Assembly (NCBI GenBank): GCA_023231475.1
Contig: JALJEE010002959.1
Span: 52,611 to 72,610 of the forward strand
DNA length: 20,000 nt
DNA from: Seison nebaliae
Lineage: Eukaryota
Reading direction: 5' to 3'
How positions within the stretch are numbered: the stretch's first letter is position 1; each line of letters starts with the position of its first letter. The notes beneath the pieces were generated by a model. The model saw only the letters and a program-made list of their open reading frames with translations. It was not told the DNA's origin and ran no database searches. Positions 1-11,900 of the stretch are shown here, one piece after another. The translations under genes and the position numbers were made by a program.

Positions 1-2443
1 GTGACAATAAAATGACGAATGAAATCGATAATGAGATGCGAAATCATTTTAAGTTGATACAAAATTCAAATTCGTCAAATTGTCCAAATCCGTCGTCGAA
101 TATACAAAACGGAAATTTATTAACTGTTGGCGATGCGAATCAACAACCGACGGATTTGTATATTTCAACCGACTGTGTATTGACGAGTAGTGCTGGAAAT
201 GGTACGGGAATCTCCGAATTATCATCAATGGCATTATCGTCGTCCGGTGGATTCTATAATAGTTCGATGCCTTTCCACATGAATGAGAAGAATCGATTAA
301 AAAGTTATTGTTCAGCAACGACCGCTAATAATGATCCGGTAGATGCAGTGGAAGCATTGAGATCACAAAATACGAATACATCGTTACATATGCATCCTCC
401 CATACCAGCAGAACGATTACAATCGTATATCGAATATTTGAAGACGAATGATTCCATAGAATTGACAAGAGAATATGAATCGATTGAAACGGGACAACAA
501 TTCGCTTGGAATATTTCCTTATTACCACAAAATCGATCGAAGAATCGTTATGCTAATGTCGTTTCATATAATCATTCGCGAGTGATATTAGAACCTATGA
601 ATTCGAATACTAAAAATATACTCTCCCCATCTAATCTCGGTACATCATCATTAGATGGTGAAAGTAATGATTATATTAACGCCAATTATATTAGTGGATA
701 TCGTCGATCGAAAGCGTACATAGCAACTCAGGGACCATTACCAGAGACGTTTGTTGATTTCTGGAGGATGATTTGGCAAGAGAAGACTCCCATAATTGTT
801 ATGTTGTGTCAATTGGAAGAGAAGAATCGTATTAAATGTGACCAATATTGGCCGTCTCGTGAAAGTGAACAATATGGGAATATTGTCGTTCATTTATTAG
901 AGTGCACCGAGTATGCATACTTTACTATACGTCTCTTCCGTCTTCATTTGATGGATCCAATGAATCAGGAACAATCCCAACAACAACCACAACAACAACA
1001 ATATCATCAAGTTAGACAATTTCAATATACGGCATGGCCCGAACATGGCGTACCAGAATATCCAACGGCATTTATTATGTTTGTTCGACGAATTCAAATT
1101 TGGAAGAGGAAATTATTCGAACGACAATATTTAAGTGATTATTCTCATGATGAATTCTCCACACCATCACCCAGTACGACAACGAACACGAACAATACAA
1201 TCACAACCGCTACAACTACCACTGGATCGACTAACCAAATCTCTCCTAATAACATTCCACCAATCGTCGTGCATTGTAGTGCTGGTGTTGGACGTACTGG
1301 TGTTTATATCGTACTCGATATAGCACTAGATCGAATGAGTCAAGGTGAATTGAATGTCGATATTTATGGTTATGTCACTCATATGAGATCTCAACGCAAT
1401 TATGTTGTGCAAACGGAAGAGCAATACATGTTCGCTTATGATGCGACATGTGAAGCAATCGAATGTGGTGAAACGGTTGTACCAGCTCATCTTTTAAGAA
1501 ATCATGTACATAAACTATTGAGATCGGTAGCAAAAGCAACTGCTTCCAATTATTCAGCCGCTTCACTTTCCGTCACAGAAATGGAATTGGAATTCCGTCG
1601 TCTCGGTGCTGTTAAAACGATTCCGGCGAAATTCACGGCTGCTAATATGGTTTGCAATAAATTCAAAAATCGGTTAGTCAACGTCCTCCCATCGGAATGG
1701 AGGAGAGTTCCACTCAAATCCGTTTTCGGTGTGGATGGAAGTGACTATATCAATGCGAGTTATATTGATGGGTTTTGGAAGCAGCATGCTTACATTGCCA
1801 CACAGGGACCATTAGCTGAAACGACCGATGACTTCTGGAGAATGTTATGGGAGCAGAATAGTTGTATAATTGTCATGTTGACGAAATTATGTGAATTGGG
1901 TCGAGAACGATGTCATCAATATTGGCCGTCGGAACGATCTGCTCGATATTCATATTTCATTATTGAATTCGTTGCCGAATATTTTATGGGTCAATATATT
2001 TTACGAGAGTTCAAAGTGTGTGATATCAGAACGCAGGAATCACGAATAATTCGACAATTCCAATATCTCGATTGGCCGGAACAAGGCGTCCCCAAATACG
2101 TCGAATGTTTCATCGACTTCATAACGAATGTACATAAAACGAAAGAACAATTCGGATTAGAAGGACCGATCACTGTTCATTGCAAGTTCATCAATTTCTT
2201 TCTTATTCTTCTCTTTCAAATTTCTCCATTTTTTCTAGTGCTGGTGTTGGACGTACAGGTGTCTGTATTGCGCTAAGCGTAGTTTTGGAAGAGATAAAAT
2301 TTGATCAAACAATCGACATATTTCAAACCGTACGACTGTTAAGAACACAACGACCAGCTATGGTGCAAACTGAAGATCAATATCAATTCTGTTATCGGTC
2401 TGCCCTCGAATATTTGGGATCAGTCGAAAAACCAAATACATAA
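1..2443 (+). CDS. Lar: LAR-family (type IIa, PTPRF/D/S-like) receptor protein tyrosine phosphatase, cytoplasmic tandem D1-D2 domains; probably 5'-partial
   Basis: D1 has [54 protein letters not shown] and [13 protein letters not shown]2 has [49 protein letters not shown] and [18 protein letters not shown], all LAR-like. Exons <1..2185 and 2239..2443 (TAA) are joined across a 53-nt GT..AG intron at 2186..2238, which merges ORFs 12..2276 and 2180..2443. The frame is open to the window edge and no TM or ectodomain is seen, so the gene probably starts upstream. Confidence 0.93.
2186..2238 (+). other. 53-nt spliceosomal intron, phase 2, in the D2 PTP signature motif
   Basis: GTTCAT...pyrimidine tract...TTTTCTAG. 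Removing it restores VHC-x-AGVGRTG in frame. Confidence 0.9.
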
Positions 2444-3222
2444 TCTTTCACTTTCACCCAACTCAAATCTATTCAAAGCAAACATCATAAAAGATTGCCA
2501 TCAATTTTCGTATCGAATTATAATAATTCTAAATTTGTACAGAGTTTTCTTTTTTATTTTCCAAAATCTCCTTTTTGCTACAACAACAACAAAGTCGAAA
2601 ATGAAGAAACTTTATAAAGAAAATTTGTAAAAAGAGAAATCGGATCGAATCGTCGATTGTAATCTAATTTATATATTCATTCTTTTACGATAAACTTTTT
2701 TTCAGTAATTCTCTAATTCAGCTAATCTCATTCTTTGAAAATATGAAACTAATCTAATTATTTTTACTATTATTTCTCCTCCTTACTCAACAATTACCTG
2801 TTTTTTTTTCCTTCAATGTAAATCTTCTTCTAATTATTTTCTTTTTTTTAATATTTTTTCCAATTTCATTTTATGGTAATAAATTATAATAATATCAAAA
2901 CTTTTATTTCCTACTACACGAACGAAAACTTTGAAAATTTTGAAAGTTACATATATTTGTTCTTGGAAGCTGAACTGAAATTAGGACACGATGGAAAGTT
3001 ATTGAGATTTTCATGAAACTTGACGGAAATGGTCATCCTACGTACTCAAATAAGTGCCTAAGCGGAAATTAAAGGTTGTGAATGTAACTATTAGTCTTGC
3101 ATATTGATCTAATTAACCAATTCTGTCATTCATCGAACGATTGACATTCATGTATGAATGTCTCCCATCCACTTTTTCCATTTAAACGAAAAATCTCATT
3201 CACAAATTAACGGAGAACGTGA

Positions 3223-5581
3223 ATGTTAAGGAAGAATATGAAGAGAGGACAGGATAAAAATTTGGTGTCTAATAAAAAGACATGTATATGGATGAATTCA
3301 AATCGAGTTCATCACCAAAAAATATTTACTATCGACCTCGATCCATCGGAAGAGAAAAAAAAACCGTTAGACGACGATGATAATCTTAAAAAGAATCTTT
3401 TCAAAACCGCAACCAATACCGTTGAACCTATCATCAATTATACGTCATGTCATGGATTTAACGTCCTCTCTAACATGAATAAGAAATCGAAACGAAAATT
3501 CTTCTGGATTTTAGTGATGACCGGTTGTTAGTTTTCATGTTGTTCATATGAACTTCTTATGAGATAATTGTTCTATTTTAGGTTTAGCTTTCCTTGTGCA
3601 ACAAACGACAAAACAAATTGATTTTTATAAAACGAAGCCAATAAGTAATCGAATTACTAAACGAATCTACAGTGCCATGATGTTCCCGAAGATCTTGATT
3701 TGTAACAATCATCGATTTCTTCGTTCGAAATTACAACAAAATCCCGAAATGTTTAACTATTTGAAAAATAATGGGAAAGTTTTGAGACAAGTTAATCGGA
3801 TTACTCAACAAATTAGTGTTGGAACATTCCATCGAGTTGTCGATAAGGCCGAACGGCGATTCAGACAACTGATATTGAAACCGTACGCTGCTCAAACAGA
3901 AACTGTCTCAAAAAATTACACAGAAATATATTTGTTAGTCAATCTGGTAATGAAGGCGTTGCACAACATCTCTCAAAATCATGCAGAAGTTGATGCCAAT
4001 TTGGTGCTATTAAGGAAACTGGTTTGGAATAAAACGAACACAGCAAACTTTGAAGAGGATTTCATTCGAGGATATAATAATTCTGTTGAAGCATGGATCG
4101 ATACTAGTCTGACAAAATATCATCCAAATTTATTAGATATCGTTTACTTCCTTCAATCCAAGTTCATGCCGTTAATAGTGACATATGTGGGTGATCTCCA
4201 TAATATGGTAGTCGATACATTCGAAGCTCAAGGTTCTATATAAATTCTATAAATGATCATTATATTCAATTTTTTTGAAAAAAGTAGATGTTATGATGAA
4301 AGATATTGCGCCATTAGAAATTGTGATGGAAACGTTACCAATATTCAACGATTTGATGTTAACTAAAATGGGTAATTTGTTGGATTCTGGAGATGGGTCG
4401 CGAAAACTAGGTGTTTCAAGAAGTTAATTCTTATCATAAATCTCATGTTCAATTCTTCCTAGTGTTTAATATGTCATTGTTTAACATTTATCGATCGGCA
4501 TCTTGGTCATTATATGAAAGTTTAATTTATTGTCGATTTGCTGCTATGAATTGTGATATGAATGTTAGAACATTTAATTAGGACTTTTCAAAATGATAAT
4601 CGTTTGACGTAGGAACATATGTTTAAGGAAGTGATTACAACGAATGGTCGATGTTATCAATTCAATCCGGATCGAAATAGACCGTTGCAGCAATATTTAT
4701 CGGGCGAAGGATTTGGATTGCAGATGTCACTCGACATTAAAACTTATGATTCAGATGTCTTATTAAATTCGCTCTATAGTCTTACACAATATACGAATGC
4801 CATAAAAATTTATATATCAAGTCCGTTTGATGATGCGATGGATGAACCGCTTTTGTTGCAACCGGGATATCATCACAACATTGACATTTCACTAACTCGC
4901 GCTATTAATTTGGATGAGAATCATTGGGGTGATTGTATAAAGACGAAAATGAGAATCGTTGATTTGGATTATACACCATCACTTTGTTTGACTGAATGTT
5001 TATTAGATACGATTGAGGATGCATGTGGTTGTCGTCCTTATTATGATCCTCGAGTTTCTTGTTAGTCTTTTTTCCTTTTTTCTATCATTTACTTTCTCTC
5101 ATTATCAGTGAATGAAACAAAACATTGTGTAATACAATCGGATGTTGTTTGTGCACATATTACTGAACGTTAATATATGAGACATATTTGTAGATAGACA
5201 ATAAATATGAGTTGTTAAAATTAATTTGTAGAAATGAATCGAGGTTGTCCCAAATGTTCAGCTCAGGCATGTGACTCAAGATCGTATGAATGGCGGATGA
5301 CAAGTGCACCGGTCCTATTGGAGAATATGGCGGAATATTTCCCGTTTACATTTTTGCGAATATTGAAATAATTCCAAATTTATTGTAGGAATTCTACGGT
5401 CAGTTTCAATATTCAATTTAGCAAAATGTTAGCGACTCGATTCGTCCAAATCCAATTAACAACGATCGAAACTTTAATCGGTACATTCGGTGGATTATGC
5501 GGTCTCTGTTTAGGCATTTCTATCGTAACTATGTTCGAATTCATCGAGTACATCATTCTTCGTATAACTGCTTGCTTCTAA
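3223..5581 (+). CDS. DEG/ENaC family (ASIC/FaNaC-like) amiloride-sensitive channel subunit, ~663 aa, 8 exons
   Basis: Exons: 3223-3526, 3582-4232, 4288-4410, 4463-4563, 4613-5060, 5109-5168, 5232-5343, 5389-5581. They total 1992 nt in frame, with seven GT..AG introns of 45-63 nt. Motifs: pre-TM1 TSCHG, TM1 RKFFWILVMTGCLAFLV, FPKILICN, CRFAAMNC, GRCYQFN, GEGFGLQMSL, Cys-rich thumb (CLTEC..CGCRPY..C..C..CPKC..C), and TM2 LIGTFGGLCGLCLGISIVTMFEFIEY. A few junctions have in-frame alternatives (donors 3524, 4423; acceptor 4284). Confidence 0.9.
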
Positions 5582-5926
5582 ATCCATTTCATTACTTTCC
5601 ACCATTTTATTGATTAATAATGTTCTCTTAATTTTCTCATATAATCAATTAAACATTTGATTTCCTATTATAAAACTATGAAATCTTCTCTTTCAAATTT
5701 CTCCTTTCAAATGTCCCCCAAATAAAATTCTTAAAAATATGAAACATAAATTGAAAATGGGAAGTTGGAGGAGTCTAGCTGAGAAGATTGTTTTTTCTTA
5801 AAAATATCGTTCGATCAATTTGAATGAAACTGTAAAGGAGGAAAATTGAAATTTTTAGTTTACTAAAAAAAATTTTTTATAAAAAAATTTTTAAAAGTTT
5901 TCAAATGAATTAGAACATTAGACGTC

Positions 5927-8900
5927 ATGATGAACAAGAATAGATCATCGATATATCTGATGACGAATCAGTTCGTTCAGAAAACGCAATTATTAAGAGA
6001 TGAGAATTATAGTTCGTCGGTGGTGGGAAATTGTTGGGGAAAAGAATTGGAAGTTAAATTGACAGAAGAGAAAGAAAGTTCGAACGATTGGAACAATAAT
6101 GGATATTTTCTCATGAATCTATCGAAACATTTACATGAGATGAAAATTATTGATAAATTAATATATTGGTATTGTTGGAATGGGAATGAATCAAGAAGAG
6201 AATCAGTGAAACGATTAGAAGAATATTTGATCGATTTTATTGTTATTGATTTATGGAATCATATTCTTAATGGACATTCTGATGAGAATACTGTAAAATT
6301 TTATTTGTTATCAAGAATTCATTTCTCTTATAATTTCCCGTCGATTCTTCTCATGAATTATTTAAATTTTCATCTTTCATGGTCGAATGATGGGGAAATG
6401 AGTTTGAAAATGTTCTTCAAAGAATTTCAGGAATATCTTCATGAAATAAAATTGAATGAAATTCTCACGAATTATAAAAGTTGTGGAAATTCAAGAAATG
6501 TATTGATGGAAGGAATGTCGAAAGAATTTTTGATAAAATCCATTTTTACAAATATCGTTCAATTGATGAAAGAGAATGATGTGTCTTTTAAGAAACATGC
6601 ATACTTATTGAAAATGTTGTTGAATATGTTTCATTTCATTCATTCGATTGTTCTCGTTGAAATTTACAAGAATATTTATGAAGTGTCATTGAAAGTGAAT
6701 GGAGTGAAATCGACAGAATTTAGTCATCTTTATCGACAATTGGTGATCGGTGTCCAAACACTAAATCAGATAACACAAATCTTTATTCGAGAATTAAAGA
6801 ATCGTTCAAGTAAGATACGATGTTATTCTATTAATTTATTGAATAACATTTATCTCTATGGAATGGGAGCGACGACGGAATTTCTTCGATCATATCTCAA
6901 ATTTGATTTGGTTCTCAATTCGGAGAATTGTGAGAAATTCATTCGATTTCGAAAGAGAACATTAAAAGAAAAAATCGAATTGAACAAAGAATTTGAAGAA
7001 CTAGTTGAAATAATGAAAGAGAATTCCATCAGGAAACCGTTAATGGTGGAAATGAAGAAGATTGAGAAGAGATTTATCAATTCTCATTATCAAACACAAA
7101 CGGATATGGAGAATGATGAGAAATTGATAAATGAATTTGGTGATATGAACGAAAATATTTTAAGAGAAATGAGAATTTTTTATCGATCGACGCCCGTCCT
7201 CCCAGAGAAACAATTGAAAAGTGAAATTTCTTTCCTTCATCAATTGACGTTTGTGAGACAGAAGAAATTTTTAGTTGAATTTTTGAAATCGATTCAATTA
7301 TTTTTTCATTTACTTATTGATAGGAAACAGGATAATCGAAGTTTATTTCTTCAATTACGATATCATCTCTCAATTATTCCGTTGGATGTTCTATTAAATA
7401 TTGAGAATTTCAATTGTATTTATAATCAATTACTCTCTCGAAACGAATCGATTCGTTGCATCTTCAACGAATTCAATAACGATATTAACATCAATATCGA
7501 TTCGATAAATTTATTGACTAATTTAACTTTGTTTATTTCCTATGAAGATTTATCGGTGGAGTTTTATGTGAATGAACGTGCAAATCGACATCTGATCGAA
7601 CCGTTAGCAAATTCATATTTTTATCGTCAATATGAATATTTGGTGGTGGATGAAAATGATCGTTCGTCAACCATCATTCTCAAATCACTTCAAATTATTT
7701 TGAATTTATTCGAAAAATTGACAAATTTCTCGAGAGACATCGAAATGGAATCAAAAAAAGAAGATGATCATTCATTGAACTTTTGTGAAATCGTTAAAGA
7801 TAAATCTGATAATTATTCAACAGAATTGGAACATGTCATCAAATCCATTCATCTCAATGAAAGAAGAGAAAAACTTTTAAAGAATCGTCAATTAAGAAAT
7901 GAGGAGGAGATGTCAATGGAAAATATTCAGAAATTTAATTCGTTAGACGTGACACTATCATCGGCAATTGAAACTTTAACGATTAATATTGGTCGATATT
8001 CGCCAGATACTGTCTTGGAATTTGGGAAATATTTCGTGAAGATGAACAGAAATCGATTTGAACGATTGTTGAATTATCGAATTAATAATTTGTTGGAATT
8101 GAAGGAGAATGGAAAAGTAGAAGGAAATTCATTAAAATTATCAACGTTCGAATATGAGACAGTAAATGAAATGAGGAAAGAATTAATGAGAAAGAAAATT
8201 TATCATTTATTCGATGTGAGAAGAAAGATGAAAGAAAAGAAAAGAATTTCGAAACGAATACAAATCAATCATTCCATTCATCAACGATTTCTCAAATTAA
8301 CACGAAAATATAAAAGAAAAAGAGAAAACTCAAGACATTTATCTAAAGTTATTGAACGAGAAGAAAATGTTGATGAAGACGATAAAGATAAAAATGATAA
8401 TGGAGATGAAGATGAAGATAAAAATAAGAATGATGATGGTGATGGTGATGGAAAGAAGAAGAGGAAGAAGAAGAAAAAGAAGAAAGTGATACGAAAGAAA
8501 CGTTTAATTGTTACAAGAAATATGATAGAGTTAAGAAGACAGAAAAGGAAATTATTTGAAATTGGACAGAAAATTGCAATAGAAAATGAAATAAAATCCA
8601 TCCAATCTCTCATTAATTTGAATCAATGTAATCTAATTGAGAATGATGATGGAATGATGATTGGAGGAAGAACGATGAATGAAATTTTATTACAATTTGA
8701 TAAAATTAAAAAATTTGGGAATCGTTCAACAACTACTACTTACATTTATAAACGGTCAGTATTTGAAGATGTTTTCTCTTGTCTCTGTGAATTGGTCTCC
8801 CATAAACATGCGGATGTTCGTGAAAATTCGTTGAAACTATTACGATATTTCAGTTGTATTAATGTCCATTATCTTTGTCAGACGTTGAATAAAACTTTGT

Positions 8901-11900
8901 TGAATGCGAGAAGTTTCCAACGGAATGTTCCTTCCAATCAACGTTTTTCTTCCGGTCAAAAATGGAATGCAGATTCGGTAGAAGAATTGAATGTGAAAGA
9001 GGAAGAAATAGAAAATAGAAATATGAATAATGAGAAGAATGCTTCAATGGAATATGATGTGAGATCATTTCGAAATAATAAAAGTCAATCAATTCCAATT
9101 GTTCGTCAAGAAGGAACTGGAGCATTCATTCATGGTGTGGAAGATGAATTCGATATTGTTCGAATTACTGCTGTTGAATCATTAGCAATTCTTGCAATGG
9201 AATGTCCAATTTTAACGAGTGCACAATTAGGAAATCATGAAATGGCATCCGCTCAAGATTTACTCATCGATTTATTAAACGATGAATTACATCGTGTTCG
9301 AGAACATTCTCTCGTCGTTTTGAATGAGATTGCTGAAGAAATGAAAAAACTTCGGGATAATTATCGAGAACATTTTGAAGAAGATGATAATCGATTAACA
9401 TCATCATATTATCATCAACGTCAATATTTATTAGATCATGAACAATTGATAGATTTGACAGCGAGTTTAGATGATGCATCGAATATTGTCCGATATTTAA
9501 TTCGACAAATTCTCATGAAATTATTCATTCAATCTCATTCCACTTTATTATTTGTAATCGAACGAATGTTCAAAAACATCAAACGATTCGCTTCCGCTAT
9601 CAAAGCTAATGATGATGTAGAGAATGCAGATGCGACTCACATCTATTATTGTTTAGCAGCATTAGGACGTCATCATCCGTCACATATTCCCAATATTATC
9701 GGGAATTTATTCGATATTCCGTTATATGTCGATTCGAAAGGAATTCTCATAGGAATGGATCAATTGATGAATGGGAAATTCATTATGATATTCAATGCCA
9801 TCGCTTATGATGAACAATTCCTCCAATATAATATCGAAAGGAAATATATTCAACTACTTCCACAATACACTTCCAATTTTTACCGTTATTTACGATTACA
9901 ATATGGAAATACTTTCGTACCAGAAATTAAATATTTCGAAAATCTCTCAATTGCCAATATGGCCAATTCGTCGTCGAACATGTGGATAATTGAGAAGGAA
10001 ATCACAATTATCGAAATATCGTTCAAAAATATGTTAAATCGAACGGATTTGATATGGAAAAAATATTTCAATTCCATTTCAATAATGGACGATAAATCGA
10101 TCGATTGGAAAGTAAATTCTGATTATCGATCATTGATGAGTGATTGTCGATCGATAGGGAATGAGAATGAACGATATCTCTTCAAACAATTTTTGAGATT
10201 AAATCGATTATTATTCAATTGTAATCTCATAAATAAATCGACGAATAATAACGAAAAAATGTGTGACATTTATGATTTACTTCAAATGGATTTCTTGAAC
10301 GGACAACATATCGAATGGAGTGAACTAATGAATAAGTCGTTAATGAAAGAAGATAATTTCCATCAATTATCATCCAGTCATTTATCTCAAATTCGACGAT
10401 TATTATTATTAATTCGATATAATTTGATGAAATATCGTTGTATCGATTTATATTCGAGTGCACTTGTTGATATGATTGAATTCCATATGAAATATTATCG
10501 CAATTCGAATGTTGATGACGTTCTCAAAAATCTTTTATTTGTCGATCATTTCTCGTTGATTCAAACACTATCGAAATCGTTAGAGAAGTTGCGATCATTC
10601 CGTTACAATTATCATCAGATGAGATCTATGTTCATTTGGTGTGAACATGAAGATAATTATTTTCTAGATAAGAAATATTTTCAATCATTTCTTTTGACAT
10701 TCACCATTGAAATTCCATTAATTCTTTTAACGTCGTTAATGGAGAATGTGGTGATGGAAGAAGAATGTTATGCTGATATGGAAATGGAGGACGCCATTCT
10801 TAAAACGAAGAATAAAGGATTGATTCTAATTCTCTCACAAATGCTTCAATTACTCATAAATCTTTTGAGATTATTCGAACAATTTATTCGATGTCTTACT
10901 TATCAATATCCGAAGAAATCAATGAAATATTATCAGAATTTATTACATGTCATCAATTCAGAATTAAGGAATATCTTCCAACAACAACACCACAACTATC
11001 AACAACAACAATTATTCATGTTGATTCATTTCTTATTTCATTTGAGTGAAATTGTCATTTTGAGTTCACTTGTCGTTTCATATGAGGAGAAAGATGATTT
11101 GTTCAATGGAAATTTGATGGAAATTGAAGAGACGAATATGGAGAATGAAAAGAAATCATTTGATGAGATTGATGTGGAGAATATGAATGAGCATATTGAA
11201 GAGGAACATGTCACATCATCTCTAATTCTTCCTTCAAGTATTCGTTCAGTGAAAATTTTAAAAATTACTAAAAGTCGATTAACAATCGTTCACGATGATC
11301 AACTCGATACGAACGACAAAGATGAGAAAGATGATAAGATGGAATCGAATATCACAACGACTGATAATACGAATCCAACTAATAATTTGTCGATGAATAA
11401 TAATTTACCAAATAAAATGATAAATGGAATCGTCGGAAATCAGGATGATGATGGTGGCGATTATGAAAATGATATGGAGAATGATGGATTACGTCAATTG
11501 GAATTAGAAGATTTGTCTGATATTTATTTGAAAAGTGAAAGTGAACAAGAGGACGAAAAATTATTAGAAATCAATTTAACTTATGGATTAATCACTCATA
11601 TTCGTGTCATTCATGATATCAATCTTAATATGAATTCAATACTCTTCCAACAATCATCAACTGTTGGTATTCAATTATTGGAATATTTCGTTTCATCATT
11701 CGCCATTCGACTCATATCGAACTCGATTGAAGAATATCATCATGTCAATTTGAATCAATTAATTTCCATGAGAATTCGAAATCCCACCGATTTGCCCACG
11801 AAAAGTTATCTGAAAACTTTCAATTCAAATTTGAGATTGAAAGATCCATCAAATATTCGAGGCGATCTCTTCAAACTCATCTCACAATTCATTCGTGAAC

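Noticed and set aside
49..2173. Short ORFs overlapping LAR on either strand
   Set aside because: Shadow frames of a conserved coding exon with no recognisable motifs.
2186..2276. Hydrophobic C-terminus of ORF 12..2276 ([21 protein letters not shown]) as a transmembrane anchor
   Set aside because: It is read-through of the T-rich 53-nt intron and then an out-of-frame exon. Splicing restores the PTP motif.
3223..5065. ORFs 3223..3531, 3596..4243 and 4619..5065 as separate genes or a pseudogene
   Set aside because: They are exons of one intact DEG/ENaC gene. All stops fall within GT..AG introns.
5865..5901. A/T-run palindrome (TTTTTTATAAAAAA core) upstream of INTS4 as a terminator or MITE
   Set aside because: Low-complexity poly(dA:dT) promoter-type tract that is expected by chance in this composition. 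Intrinsic terminators do not apply to a eukaryotic locus.
6856..10463. Antisense and alternate-frame ORFs inside INTS4, including the poly-Phe/Ser ORF 8281..8613
   Set aside because: Mirror images of codon-biased or purine-rich coding sequence.
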